Origin: the human T2T-CHM13v2.0 reference genome, Homo sapiens
Assembly: GCA_009914755.4 (NCBI GenBank)
Contig: CP068257.2
Location: forward strand, 15,168,001 to 15,232,000
Length of the DNA: 64,000 nucleotides
Direction of reading: 5' to 3'
A program made the translations under genes and the position numbers. The stretch's first letter is position 1; every line of letters starts with the position of its first letter. The notes under the pieces were generated by a model. The model was not told the origin of the DNA. It ran no database searches and saw only the letters and a list, made by a program, of their open reading frames with translations. Below are positions 13,948-29,200 of this stretch, one piece after another.

Positions 13948-16036
13948 ACACCAAGTAATAAGACAGATAAGACTTTGTAACATTGATAAATCAGAGATTG
14001 GGCAAAAAGAAAGCCAAAGGGCATGAATAAAGTGTGAAAAGAGGAATAAACAATGTAAGAATACACATTCATGGGCAGTGGTTCATCTGATTTTTTCAGG
14101 GTCTTGAAAAGAGACAAATTGTAAGACTGGGGACAAGAAGTTCTGATGAAGTGGTAAGAGACTGCGTAAAAGAGGAAATTACGTGTGAATACTTTTATGC
14201 CATTTGTCAATTCTTTCCAGAGAGCATCTACTATTAAAGACTCTAAAGAATCAAGTGGACAATATATGTCATTACCAGTTTACATCAGCCAATCCCTGTT
14301 ATCAGCCACTGTGTTTAAACAATAGGTGTATGAACAAGTGGCCAAGACAGCATAGAGGGTATGCATAGACCCCATGCGATGGGCTCCCCTAAACAATTCT
14401 ATCTTATCTAGCTACTGTCCCTGCTGAATACCCAATGTGCCAGCAACAGAGACCAAAGCTGAGTCTCCGTATTATTGGATGGCTGAGACCACCCAATCAT
14501 CTACTTTATGGCAAGTTGACTACCCTGGAAGCAACAGAAAATCACCGTGCCTTGTATTGACAAACATTTTTTATTACATGTTTATTTTTTCTCCTCAGAG
14601 GGCTACATTTAATATGAGTTTTGAGGACTTCCAGAGTATTTAGCCACCAAAATGGGACCCCATATAGCATTGCCCAGAGTTTAAAAAATAAAAAATACTG
14701 CATTAGAATAAAAGTGGTGTATAAATAGACACACAGCTGTGGGGTCTACTTATTCTGTCACACATTGCACAACCCAGAATTTGTCAATCTGATAGTCTGG
14801 CATGTTTGCTTCTTTAAAACACAGCTAAGATTCCATCTGTAAGTTGATACTCTCTACCTGAAAAACCCTCATCCTGGATCAACCTTATTACTTTCATATT
14901 TAGCATTTGCAATTAAGCTGTGGAAAGACAGTGCAGAATAGGACAATTTTGTTTCATTATAAATTCACAATCACCATAGAAAAGGAACTCTTAAGATAGC
15001 ACAAAAACTTCTGGTCAATTTTATCTCCTAAAAATATCTCTTTGTCCATTCTTTTCTTATGCCCTTTAATCCATACTCAAAGTTTTCATTACCACCTGTA
15101 CATAGAAGACTCTCAACTTTTATTCCTAGCTCAAGATCCACATATACGATGGTGTCTTCAACATCTCCACTTAGGTAGCTCAATGTAGCAAGATTTTATA
15201 TCCATGCTTTTCCTTCCTGCTGGCCCTCAGTCTGGTCTTCTGTGTTTCTTTTACCTCCAAACAACATCACCACGTATATGCCGATGAGAAACCCAATATA
15301 TGCTTGAAATTTGCCTTTTTATCACCTATCATATCTAATCTATTACAATTCTTTTAAAATTATACATTTTTGTCTCCCTGGAACACCTACTATCTTTTTC
15401 CACTGCAGCAATTTATGTGAAGTCACAAAACATTAGCGTGCTGGTACTCAGTGCAGTATTAATGAGTTATTACCTCATAAAATTAAAGATGAGCACGTTT
15501 CACTCTTCTTAGGAAATGTCTCGCAGAATAATTTGGGGGTAAACACTCATTTGGGGTGGAAAGGAGTCATATTACATAAACAAAATAACCATTTGAAATA
15601 CATGTGATTTCCAGTTGAAAATGTGTATTTAAATTATGGCTTCAAAGAAGATGGAACTTTGATCACTTTATCTTTTAAAGATGTTTATGTTTCTATATAT
15701 AGTTATATAAATATAAATCTAGTTTTATAGAAGTGATCGCTACAGCAAGTACTTTTCAGGAACGATAGGCTATAAAATAAATACCTCATCAAAAGGATTT
15801 GCTCAAAGCTACAAATAAAATCACGGCACAATTATCTCTAAAGAACCCAAATCGAAGGTGGATGGGTGAGTGACATAAGTGGCAATAATTCTGGTGTGTG
15901 GAATAGTGTAATGGCAGTAAGGCTATAAAAATATACCCAAGTGTCTGACTTTATCAAAATGTACTTTATAGAAGCTTTTCATTTTTATATTTTAAAATCT
16001 AAATAACTCGTTTAAAGTTGTTGATTTATATGATGC

Positions 16037-16343
16037 TTTTTTTTTTTTTTTTTTTTTTGAGACAGAGACTCGCTCGTCGCCCAGGCTGGAGTGCAGTGGC
16101 ACGATCTAGGCTCACTGCAAGCTCTGCCTCCTGGGTTCACACTATTCTCTTGCCTCAGCCTCCCAAGTAGCTAGGACTACAGGTGCCCGCCACCACACCC
16201 TGCTAATTTTTTTTTTTTTTTTTTTTTTTTGTATTTTTAGTAAAGACGGGGTTTCACCCTGTTAGCCAGGATGGTCTCGATCTCCTGACCTTGTGATCCG
16301 CCCGTCTCGGCCTCCCAAAGTGCTGGGATTACAGGGGTGAACC
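16037..16343 (-). mobile_element. Alu SINE (AluY-like), full length, flanked by a perfect 14-bp target-site duplication
   Basis: Reverse-complement Alu close to the Y consensus, with a 24-nt poly-T and an internal 28-nt T-run in the linker. Direct repeat 'tatatgatgctttt' sits immediately before (16026-16039) and after (16346-16359) the element. Confidence 0.9.
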
Positions 16344-19300
16344 ATATATGATGCTTTTATAAACATATTATTTATTTTAGACTTTCAGCAGCCTTGGTGA
16401 CATACATGCTTTCCACTTTAACGTGTTGCCTAGTACTTTTTTTCTTAAAATTTGAGAAAAGAATAAGAGCTTGATGTAATCCCTGCTTCAACATTTTTTT
16501 GCTGCATAACTTTGGGTAATGTTGATAACGCATCGCACTTCTCTGAGCCTTGGTTTCCAGCTGTATAGTTGGAACAATGGGAATGCTAATGCTTACCTCA
16601 AGCTGGTTATTGTGAGGGTAAAAAATGTAAAAGATTCCTAACAGTCATTACTTAGGCACTCAATAAGTAGTAGCTCTCAATGACATTAATATTGATCTTT
16701 TGTTTTTGAGCCTTTGCTTATGATCATGGGTAAAATTATACTGTTTAATTTTGCAAAGCCAAAAAATATAATTTATAGGAATAAAATGAGATCAAAGCTT
16801 AAGTAGTTTTATTATTATCTATAGAAGGCAGTGGTTTCTAAGGTTATTTTATTAGACAGAGATAATTTGGGACATGAATTTGAATCTATTGAATGAAGCA
16901 GTGAGAGTTCAAGTGCAACATTTTATGGCAGATAACTGATAAATGAAAATTTAAATTCGGGAATGTTGAAATTGAATAGAACCATTGGGACAACATAAAC
17001 CATGATTTTTCAGAATGTAACACTTGAGCCTAAAGAAGTTAATTAATTTCACATAATCACATAACAGATTAGCAAAAGAGAAAGTAAAAAATATATTTTT
17101 AAACTCCAGTCTTAGGCTGTTTTTAATGCTGCATAATGAAATGAAGAGAAAATTAATTTCCAGGTTATTTCCTTATTTTATAGGCAGAGTGCTTTGGATA
17201 GAAAATGTCTAAATTCTTTTTATATCATCACAGAGATATAAATCATTGGCTGTGCTTGCAAACATCATTCTACGTATCTGTAAGTATTCCTGGAGAAACT
17301 TAGGTGTTGGCTAAGCTTCTGGGTAAAACTTTTTAACTGCACTCACTTATTAGTTATGACCTGGAGGAAATGCATAAGCTTCATTCAGCATGCTGTTCCA
17401 GTGAGAATAGTCACTTCACAATATAGATCCTGTTTGTGTGCTTGGTGTAGAAACATATGTGGCCATGACCCTTGCCCTCTAAGAGTACATGGTCTAATGA
17501 AGAGGAAACCCATAAATGGATCAATGCAATTCAATAAAGAAGGTGCAGAAATATGGGTATAAAGGAGGTATTATGACAGTACCTAGCAGCAATATTTACC
17601 TGTGGTCAAATTACTACTGACTAACAGATTTTCTGGTCAAGAAATTGCAGAAACAATAGCCAGATGTCTATGCAGATGGTAATAAGACTACCATCACCTT
17701 AACTTGCTTCCATTAGCAAAAAGGGCTGTTGGGAAATAGTACTCTGTTTTCAGAAAAACAAAAATATGTAATAACATTACCATAACCGTGTATCATTTCT
17801 GTATACTCCTTTGAGAAAACAGAGTGAGAATCTGTTTTCTAAACTTCCAGCTAGCAAGATTTATACTTCCACCTTCAGAAAACACACCCAACTTCAATCA
17901 AAAAAAGGTTATTTTCCATACTTCCTTTCTTTCACAATATGAAAAGAAATTCTAAGCAAGAACAAGAAAGAAAGTCAGGCAGCTGTTTGGACCATTACTG
18001 AATAATCATGGTGCTCAGCACTATTGTTTCCTTTTAATGTTAATTTAAAATATGCCAGGCTCTGTCAAACACACTGGTAAATGCAGCATTTTAAGGAAAC
18101 TTTGGGCTGAAACACATAATATTTTATTTCAAAGAAATAAAAGGAAAGCAACCAGATGCCACATTATAATTTCCTGTCGGTTTGCAGGGAAGTAGCAGTC
18201 CATTATTCTGGAGTAGAAAAAAATAGTGAATGGGATGTTCTAGAACCTCCCTGAATCAGTTATATCTCATGAAATCACCACAGTAAACAAATGTAATTAT
18301 TTTTCCTAGAGCCAACATTGTAGCCTTCTTGCAGAGATTTGTGCTCTTTGTGAGGTTCTTTTATTATGACAAAATAACAATAAATGACACCATGTAATAG
18401 CTAATAACATTGTTATGTCCCTTTATTATTTTTTCAGCATGACGAAATGTAACAAAGTATTAACATTCATCTAAATCAAAAGATAATTCATTTGAAAGTT
18501 TTCAAAATTTTGTTGTTTGATATTTTATCTTAATTGAAGCCTTTTAGAATCCATCAAAATCAGTGTATGTCTAAGCTCTTCAGTCAATATTTTTGTCAAA
18601 AACATTCATTTATATGTTATACTTAACAATCATTACATTCTTTATAAAAGGTATCGGTAAAGGAATTAAGTACAAAGAAAAAAACTGGTTAAGGAAGATT
18701 TGAACCAGAAAGTAAATAGGAAATGTTTTCCCCAAATGATCTTCCCTTGTATAGTCAGGATGAACGGAAGATTGGGCAAAAGACATAAATCTTAAATTTG
18801 AAAGGAATGAAAAAATACGAGGGTAGAAAGCAACACACAGCCTGAGTTGAAAATCGGGTTTGCTTTTGAAATTAAGATTTGAGTAAAAAGAAAAATAATG
18901 CCTTTTCTTGGATAACTCAGTTGTTAATTTAACAATATGCATAAACCATCTACATATGCTACACGGTGTTCTAATCTATGTAGGTTCAGGAAAAAATAAA
19001 ACCCCAATTCCTGCTTTATGGACTTTATAGTATAGTGGGTGGACAGAGACAATAAAGAAATTGAATACATTCCACTATGTCCGGGAATTATAAAAACAGC
19101 AAAAAAAGTGAACTCCGGGAATTGAGGGTCTGGGTAGGAGTGTGTAGATACTGTGGTCTAGGAAGACCTCTCTAACGAGATACTCAAATAAAGTGAGGGA
19201 GTGAGGTTTGCTGATTTATGAAGTGAATGGAGATTAAGAGCTTCCTCTTATGGGAACCAAAGAAATATGGAAGTTTATATGTAACAATTTTCAAAATAGG

Positions 19301-21779
19301 AATCAAATACAAACAAGGAACAGGTAAGAGGACATTTCAGCATTTGTCAAAAAATGGATATATCCATATGACTAAATAAAGATTTAAAAATTAGGCTGTG
19401 AATAAAAATTAGGTTGTGGAAAAACAAAGTTTTATAGATGTAATAATGGAATTAAATTATACATACATTAAAGTAATATCAAAATTAAAATATTTCTATA
19501 TATGTACATAAACTTATATATAAATAAAAATAAAGGACTATATAATATATATAAATGGAAATGAGGCATATTTTTGTGCCTTCGGAGCCAATGATCATCT
19601 TCCTAATAAGGATATCAAAATTAATTCTTGAAGAATGTGTGTGCTGATTTGTTTTCAGACTATTGTTTTCCTACCCTCTTGAGAAACTTTAAAATATGTT
19701 ATTTTTTTCATCTTTAAAAAACATGCAGTGTGAGGTTGAGAGACAGAGTAGCTTGTTCTCAGCAGCTGTGCAATGCTAACATGTTGTGAATATTCAACAA
19801 ATATTAAGTGACATTGAAATATGAATTGATGGATAATGAATCACTTTAGGGAATTATTCTGCCAAAATGTTTTGGAAGATCTATGAAATGTTTGACAAAT
19901 CCAAAAGATCTTAAGCTTTGCCTTTGCTGAGATTTATTTATTTATTTATTTGGAGGGATGGGGAGACAGGTTCTTATTTTTCATCTGGCTCATTATGTCC
20001 TTCTGTTAGAGAGTAATTCATGTTCAAATCATATTACTTTAACTTTTGTTAAGCAATTGATTTCTCAGTGGTTATATAATTGGAAAAACAGAACATCTAG
20101 AAAAATTGCCTCTTTTTATTAAGTAGAGAAATAAAATTGATTAAGCAGAAACTTAATTATAGTAATGGACTGACCCAGACGTGGTGAATGAGCACCAGGA
20201 CAAGACACAAATGTTGCATTTAGAGAGTTTATACCTAACGGCATTATCTTTAGCATTACTTAAGTAAGGGGAAAAAATCCATAGCTTATAAAATAATTTT
20301 TCCTCTATTTTCTTCTGTTACATGCAAGTTAACAGGATCTTTGTCTAAGATCTATATGGCTATTTTAACATAATAATTATTTAAAAATTATCTCTCTTTA
20401 AATACCAAGTAATTTTAGCCTACTCTCGGCTCCTTTAACATCCCAGCCACATTTGTTCTGTGTATACTAATCACTGTAGTTACATAAAGCTTCTTATAAT
20501 GCCTGTAATATGAAAAATTGTATGGATTAGTCAGGATTCTTAAAGTTGAAAATTAGAAAAGCCAGCTTAAGGAAAAAGAGGTGACTGCTCATTAGAATAT
20601 GGGGATTTATAATAGTAAAGAAAATAATGCAGCCGAACGTCAGATAGGGCAGGACGCAGCAGTAAAAGACTGTTGGCAACTGGATCATTCTTTCACAATT
20701 TCTTGATCCTGTTTCTCTCTGTGCATTGGCTTTATCCTTCTCTTTTGTCAGACTGCTTTTTTTTTCTTTTTTCTTCTACTCAATCCACATGATGGCAGAA
20801 AAATAAAACAGATACCGTCATATATGGTAGAATTCAAGCCATATGAAGATATGAACTCTTTTGATCTTAATTCCTAATTCTCAAGGAAGTGACTTGAGCC
20901 CAGACAGGGTAGAATGTACAATTATTTTAAGAGGCCATTGCATAAATATGGCAGCTAAGTGCTAACTGTATGGCTATCAGTAGGTCTGAAGTGGATGTGT
21001 GTAATTAAGTGGATCGTTGTGAGTTGGAAGATATTCAACAGAGTCCACTATGTCACATAAGTGAAGTTCTGTCTAAAAGTGTCCTTCTCAAGTACTTTAC
21101 TTTTCATACTAACTATAATTTTTAGGACAACATCTTCATGGTTCAAAATCAATTTTTCAATCTATCTCTTAAATCATGTTAAAAGAGAAATGATCAACAA
21201 AGCAATTCTCCTAGATATAGCTATAAAATGGAAAAAATTATTAACATAATTACCTGCAGGTTCAGGAAACTGAAGTATGACAAGCAGATTTGGGAGTAGA
21301 GACAAGACTTGGGGAAAACAATCACGAGAACAGGGTGACTGCCTCATTTTTTGTGTGTTTTGTTTTGCAGCTTTGCCCTGAATGGAGCCACAGTCACAGT
21401 GGCATGGTGTAGGGATAGCTCAAACTCTGGTAGAAAGTCCACTGGCTTACTGGCTACCAGAAATAGGGCAAGAAACAGGGCAACCAGAGTCTCCAGAGAG
21501 TGATAGGAGAACATCAGAAATGAGAGAGTTAGAGGAAGAGAACCCCAATGTTTGCATTTAAACTCCACACAGAGACTGGGGCACAAACTGTGACTAACCA
21601 TTCAACCACATATTGAATGGGAAAAAATGGAAACCAGCTCACAGCTATAATTCAAGGAATTGAATTGAGATCAAAACTGCAGCCCACCGCAGACATACCT
21701 GTTTGCACTTTGAGTCTAACCAAGTTAATCTCTTGCTAAAACAAAAGCATCAACACTTTTTGGAACAATATACAGAATC

Positions 21780-23200
21780 CAGATTCTCCACAACCTAATA
21801 TTCAGAATGTCCAGGATACAGTCCAATATTATTCACATACAAACAGCCAGGAAAATGTGATACAGTTTCAGGGGAAAAGACTATAAACAGATGACAACAG
21901 ATGAGGTTAGCAGATGTTGAAATTATTAGACAAGTATTTAAAGAAGCAGTTATAATTTTTCACAGTGACATAAAGAATATAGACTTGCATTGAGTGAAAT
22001 AATATATCTGCAAATATTTAAAAAATTGAAAATTTTAGAGCTAAAGATCTTAGTATTTAAAATAAAAAATCCACTGGGTAGGCTTAAGAGGCTACTGGAA
22101 ATGGAGATAAAAGGGTCAGTAAATCTGAAAACATATTAAAAGGAAGCAACCAATATAAAGAATGGTAATCCCCCCCAACATACTTATTAATTTCAAAGGG
22201 AAAAGGGTAGCTTTATAGTGGGGAGACAGTAAGCCACAACTTAACAAAGTGATTGAGTTGATATCACCAGTAATGAGACATAGTGATACCTTCTGCCTTC
22301 TAATATGATACACTGGAAAGGGTACAGTGTTACTTCTATGGTTTCCTTTATAAAAATGAATAACTGAATTTAACACGGGGAAACATCAGACAAACCAAAG
22401 TTGAGAAATATTCTACATAACAACTGGCCAGTACTTTTCAAACGTGTCAAGGGCATGAATAATAAAGACTGAAGACCTCTTCCAGAATGAGAGATTAACT
22501 GCAGTGTATGGCCCTGTATTGAATGGTGAGTCAGAAAGAGAACACTATAGGGCAAAAGATGAAACTTGAATAAAGCCTACACATTAGTTGGTAGTGTGTT
22601 ATCAATGTTACTAGTGAGATTTTGCAAATTGTATGTGCTTATGAATGTATTGTTAAGAAATTCATTTTCTTTAAATAAATTTGTAATTCTAATGCAATCT
22701 AACTCAAAACCCCAGCATGTTTTTTTTTGCAGAAATTGACAAGTTGATTCAAAAATTTATGTAAAAACCAAATGAACAAGAATAGACTCTTTTAAAAAAG
22801 AGAAAAAATGGCGGAACTTAAATGATCTCATTTTATGACTTACTACAAATAAATAGTAATAAAAGAGGGTGGTATTGGAGAAAAAAATAGACAGATAAAT
22901 AAATGGAAGACAATAGATAGCCCAGAAATAGTTCCAAATATAACTGGCTGATTGATTTTTGAAAAAAGTATTAAAGAATTTCAATGGGGGAAAGAAATGC
23001 TGTTTCCAAAATGATGTTGCAACAACTTGATATTTATATGGAATAAAATAGACATTGAATTTTACCTAACACTGTATACAACTTTTAGCTAAAAGAATTT
23101 CATAATTACTATCAAAACTAGGAAACTCCTAAAAGAAATAAAGGAAAAAGTTATTTGTCTTCTTGAGATGAGCCAATATGTCTTCCATGGAATACAAAAT
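21780..23200 (+). mobile_element. Ancient LINE-1 (L1M-class) relic: 5' region and ORF1 start, then ORF2 3'-region pieces, with internal deletions
   Basis: 'ccaggaaaatgtgatacagtttcaggggaaaagactataaacagatgacaacagatgaggttagcagatgttgaaattattagacaagtatttaaag' and 'ccactgggtaggcttaagaggctactggaaatggagataaaagggtcagtaaatctgaaaac' parallel the L1M 5'UTR/ORF1 start. 'cccagaaatagttccaaatataactggctgattgatttttgaaaaaagtattaaagaatttcaatgggggaaagaaatgctgtttccaaaatgatgttg' parallels the ORF2 C-terminal-domain region of the consensus. Boundaries are approximate. Confidence 0.45.
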
Positions 23201-26200
23201 GCTTGAATAATTTTTTTCAGAAAGGATCAATTAGACTTGATCAAAGTTAAGACATGAAGCTTCATAATGGGGATCAAGTATATATTTATATAACCAGGGA
23301 GTCCTCATCCTCCACCCCGACTTTCTTCATAATGTTTTTCATCTTTAAGGCCTAATTATACAAAAATCCAATTTGGTAGGTACTGCCAAAGCAATTTTTG
23401 CTTGTAATTGACAAGAAGTAATGTTTCATGAGCTACATTTACCTGTATGTTGGGTTGCTTTATATTCACTTCTGTCTAAGCTGAATGTTTAGGAAGGTTA
23501 CTTTCTACTCAATACACATAACATTCTCACTAAAGTTAAACCATATGGGAGTCATTTCCACTGAACATATAAAGACTGGAAGGAGACAAAAAGCAATAAA
23601 TTTCCTATTTTCTTTCATTTGAGGGCTTAGCATGACCAAGGCACCTGTTTTGTGGTAAGACAAAGGCTCAAAAGTGAAGTGTGGAAAAAGTTTTCAAAAA
23701 ATGGGAGAGGTGGCTCTCTGAACTGGAAAACCTGGAAATGTGATAGCTAATAATCTCAGGATGGTCTAAGCTAATATTAGTAGCATGTAAACCTAAATTA
23801 GGCCTTTCTACAGCGGACTTATGCTCCTGAGAAAACATTTCTAGCAAATGGCAACATGTTGAACAAAAAAATCCCCCATTACATCTCTGACACTCTCACA
23901 GTATTTGTCAATTATTCAGCTCGACAGCAACTCACAAAGCTTTTGCACAAGCAGTTTTTCAAAGTTTTGAAATTCTTGTGGATGTGGATGTAATTCTCAT
24001 TTTTGACTCTTTATGTTAAAACACCAGAACACAGGAACTTCTATTTTTAAATAAACACAATTTAGATGTCACAGATCCTGCTGTGTATTTCTTAAAGTTG
24101 TCTTTTCCTTTTTGGTTAAAAGCTTTATGCTGTTTTCCTAAGAGCAAACCTATCCCAATATTAAAAGGTTCCAATTAGAAATGAAACTCCAAAGCCATGA
24201 ATTTTGAGAGGGCTCTGAACTTGCCAAAACAATTTCTTGTAAGACTTGATAACTTGGATTACACACTCCCACTGCATATTTAAAAGCCTTTACTATAAAG
24301 GTTCCTATAACAAAAGGGAGACAAAAAGATACTATAATTATTCATGGAACATATTCAAGCCATCATTGCTGATGAAATATGATATCTACAACATTCCTCT
24401 ACTGTAAATAAGGCAGTGATTCAGAGTAGTGCCATTAGCTACAGAAAACCCATTCTTATCCTTATTAACACATAAAACAATAGCTTTTATCTCAGACTAT
24501 GCTGCCTCTCAGTCTCAAACATACTAAATCTAGCTCTTTGGGAATAACATTTAAATTACAGGTTGGTTTCAGCTTTTTATACTTTTAATTCCAGTGGAAA
24601 CTTTGGGTGCCTCTCCTCTAATGAGATGGTCAAGGGATTAGTGTTCACTCCCTGGAAAACAAAAGCCAATAGTCTAAGCAGCCAGGTCCATTCTTTAGGT
24701 GGACCTGGGTTGGGAAAGTAGGTTGGAGACGAGCTGACCTCACCAGTGTGCAAACTGTCCTGACAGTTCCTTGTGAGTACTCCGAGGCATAGATAGCTCT
24801 CATTACATGCAGTGTTGTAGAAAGCCACATCAATCCTGAATTGGATACTGAACACAGAAATTAGAGTGAAGTCCACAGAATATATAAATGCAGTCTGCAA
24901 CCTGCAGAGTGATTGCTACCCTTGCATTCATTCTGAAAGCCATCCTTGAGACTGCATATAAACATATTCTGATAACAACAGAAATGCTGGTAAATGGACA
25001 AACAGTTGATTAGAGGAGTTTCACAGCTCCCTGTATGATGCTGTCAGAGCATCTGCCTTTGCCACCGGCAATCCTTTGAGGAAAGGACTCCTGCACATTG
25101 CATCTCTTGATTTAATAAGGTGTCTAAGCTGCCATTGAAATTATTAAGGCTTTAAAAATTGCCATGAGTAGCTTCAGTGCCCAGAGATCTTCTCCCTGAT
25201 TTTGTCACAACAAACTAGTGTATAAAAAAAGTGAGGCAAAGGTGGCAAATTGACCCACATGCCATTTCTCCTATGTCATCAGAACCTGCTGCTGCGTAAG
25301 TTTTCCTGAAACTGATGGTGTTATTAGGCATGACCTCGTCAGACTTAGAAAACCTGCATCTATTTTAGCCACTTACTGAAAGCACACAGAACTGCTGAAG
25401 ATAAAATTTCCAAGAATATATTAAAACAAAACTGCTAACCCAGCCAAATTTCCTACACACTTGGAAAGCCTGTAGAACAGCAGGCCAACATTAATACACA
25501 GAAAGACGATAGTGTAACTAAGTAGAAGCTGCTGTTTAAATGTCAAGGTTTTGAAAATTAGAGGAATGGAATGTTTACATGAGTGCCAGCTATCTTTTAG
25601 TGGCCACATGAGTTGTTTCAGCTTACCTTCAGGTTATTTTTAACATGAAAATTTGAGTTGCAATTTGCTGAATATTTCAATTTTTTTTTCCTAAATTAAA
25701 GAAGTAATTTTGTTAATAAGGTTTAGATTTCTGAGAAACCATCATGTGCTCCAATTGTAGAAAAAGATCCATTCCAAATACTCTCCCGAACTGAGAAATA
25801 CTGTAGGTACATAGACAGCAATCACATGAAACTCACTATTATTGATATCAACAAGTATCTTGGGAATTGTTCAATATCATTCTGTCTTGTTCTAGGCACT
25901 GAATTTATAGTAAATCATTTCTACCTACTATTTACTCATCCTCCAAATATCTTCATAGCTCAAAAAGACTTTACTCATTTATCCCCGTATGAAATGAGTG
26001 ACCCAGCTCTTCCCTAGCATGGCTATAACTGTTAGGTTCTAAGTTTCTTGCATAAACCCACTGGTTTATTCACCTCCACATTCCCTGTGTCTAATACTGT
26101 TCTTAGCAAGTAGTGGTCACAGAAAAAATGTTTAACAGAACTAGAAATTACATTTCTCATGTGATTTATTTTTATATTAGTCTGAAAAACACAAAGTGTA

Positions 26201-29200
26201 AAGCATGTTCAATTATTCCACAAATAAAATATGATGAGTTTAACAACTGTTTTTACTAGTAGAACATGTTTAAACCCCTTTGACTTCTATCTTGTACTTT
26301 TCTTAAATGTGTTGTGGCAGATTTTGTGTATGTATATGATTTGCCCAACTGTCTGAAATGAGTAACTCTATCATATGTGTTTTTCCCCCTAAAAACCCAG
26401 ACCAGGGCTACATATTAATTCTGTTGAACTAAGCTGAAATCAAATTAAGGAATTTAGAGTTTTCTTCATGAAAGATGATCTTTGCCATTTAAATAAACAT
26501 TAACAGAATATGTCGATCACTTGACTTGATAATCCATTTTTTAAAATTACCTATTAGCCAGCCATTATTTGTGAGTTAAGAATTTTTTATCTTTATCTAC
26601 ATAAATAGTACTTACATGAGATTAATAAGCTTTTTAAAAATGTCTTCGGTATTGAGGAGAAAATACAACAGAAAAAGATAAAAAGCTCTCTGTGAATTAA
26701 TTACACACAACATTAATTTTAAAAAGGAATATTGGTGAATTCAAAATTAAAAGAATATTATCAGCAACGTATTAGATTTCTTTATGTTTAAGAATAAAAT
26801 GAGGATATTTTAGGAAGTAAGAACTTAGATTTGTGAAATTTGACCTTTCAGCAAAAAACAAAAACAAAACAATAGAAATTGTCCTAATTATAAATAGATT
26901 TGCTAGTCTAGATGTCAGATTGTGTCACATTGATGACATTTTAGCCAGGGATATTGAAATTACAAATTATGCCATAAAGAATAAGCATCCATCTTGGAGT
27001 TCAAATATCTGTATTATAATCTAGCTCCTGTCACTAACTAGCTGTTGAGTTTGCATAGTTTTAATCACTGGCTCTTAGTTTCTTTCGATGTGATTGAGTT
27101 ATCAAATCAGATGACCTATCAGTTCCTTTCTAGCTGTAAAATTTTCCAATCTTTTAGAAGACCTCAATTCTACTTGGTAATGAAGAACTGATTAAGTATG
27201 GTAAAAAGTTATGTTTAGCATTGGAGTTTTCCTCTATTATTACTATTACATTAGATGATTTATCAAAAGTGGTTTTGGAAAATTATGTCTGAAAGTAGAC
27301 AGTGGAAAAAAGGTTATGAGAAATCCATTTGGTTTTGCGTTACCCGTTTATGTATATGAGTGTGTGTGTTATGTATGTGCATTTTGTACGTTCTTCTGTT
27401 TGTTTATTTTTTTGACTTTTTTATGCTCTTTAGCATTTCTTACATTCAGAGTCTTTCAAGTGCCAAAAGAACCACATTTATGTGAAAAGATTTTTTTGGA
27501 GCATTTTTGCCAACCTTCATTTGAAGCTGGAGTTTACAAAATCTTCACAGAGCCTATTTTAATGAGGTTTCCAGCATTAATAAGAAGAGTGTGGTTGCTT
27601 AACTGAAATGACCTGCCAAAACTTTCTTAGGTTCATCCATGGTTACACTGAATATTAAAACTACTGAATAATAGATTGAAACAAGAGCATAAACATTCAT
27701 CTAGAAAACAGTGCATTTTCTTCAACCTTTTACATTAAGAACAAGTCTTCTCAGAGCATATGTAGCAACAACTAATAATTCTTATTAAGCAACATTTACC
27801 ACAGGTATAATATGTGGTAGTTAATATTGTGTAAAATTGAATTTGCTTCAGAGTTTTGATTAAAAGTATTCATTTCAGGCTCTGTGAATAAAAGAATGCT
27901 AGTAAAAGTGAAGATTTCGCAAGTTGCTAAAACAAACTAGCTTTTGTTCTTGAAGTCTGAAAAAATACGACAGCATATTTGTTTCCAGATGGAAGATAAT
28001 TAACACAAAAAAATCTGCTTTATCCATAAATATGGTTCCTTTTTAAATTTCAGTAAGTTCACCAAAATATATAAATTCCCTTGGAACAAGTTAAAGTAAA
28101 GCTGGTATTGGAGAAAAATTAAATAAGTTAGAACTAGGTTTCTTTTTTTCATTTTATTCAAAGCATGGGAAAGATGTGTATTACAAGTTGAGAAATCATG
28201 TCTTTGTTAGTCTCGTTATTTCTTTGTTCAAGGTGTTTGTTAGAATGAGAATCAGGCTGTCTATTGACAAAATTATGTGACAATCTGCATAATTATGTTG
28301 CATATGTGTGAAGCTAGTTATGAATGATTAGATTTTTGTTCAAAGTTAGAATGTCTTTATTTTATAAAAGCCAGTGACTGTGAAATGAATAGGATTTTTC
28401 ATGGCAGCAAAAATATTTCCAAATTTCAGAATTAGACTGCCAGTATCAAAAGGACTTAGACTGAGTAACATTATTTACCTCTATCCATTAATGATAGAAG
28501 CTAAATGAAAGAATTTGCATAAACACAACAGTATAAGTCACCACTAAGTATGGTGTAACTTAAATTATTTCTGTTCAAGTGCATTTAAAGTGTCAATTAA
28601 TTGCCTCCATTTCAAATGCACACCTTTTCCCCAATTATCAAATTAAAATTTGAGCTGAATCAATGAGCACAATGATAGTTTAATTATATTAAACCACATG
28701 AAATAAACAGTGAGGAAGTGTTTGTGCAGATGGCCACCTGAGTCTGTCACCTCCAGGCATAGCCAATGACAAGTATCACTTCCTTGGTAAATAAAATTGC
28801 TTTATTTTACTGTCACTGCAGCATCTTTACTTTTAAAAGAGAGGAGAATGGGTTGAGAGAGAAAGATTTAAGGGAATTATAGAAGGAGAAATTGCAGACA
28901 CAGATGTATTTTTTTTCTAAGGGCACCAGGTGTTTTAAATGCCACCAGAAGGGTGCTCCAGGCGATTCTGTGCTGTCCAAGATAGCTTGGCATAGATTAT
29001 CTGAAAGCTTTTGTGTCTTTTCAGCTTTTGATTAAAGGCCAGTGTCAGGACTCCTCTGGGCTTTTGCTTGGTACAGTAAAGCCGAGGGATTTTTTTTTAA
29101 GCTGTTGCCAAAAAGATGCCAGTTAGGATAATTACATTTCAATTTAAATTGGTAATTTTATGAAAATTTAAACCAGAATATGTGTCACCCAAATCTCCTT

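Noticed and set aside
24881-25310. TATA-like 'tatataaa' at 24881-24888 and a consensus-looking donor 'ctgctgcg|gtaagt' near 25295, suggesting a promoter or first exon
   Set aside because: Individually common motifs in AT-rich DNA. No CpG island, no ORF continuity, no paired acceptor. Insufficient to call a transcript without expression data.
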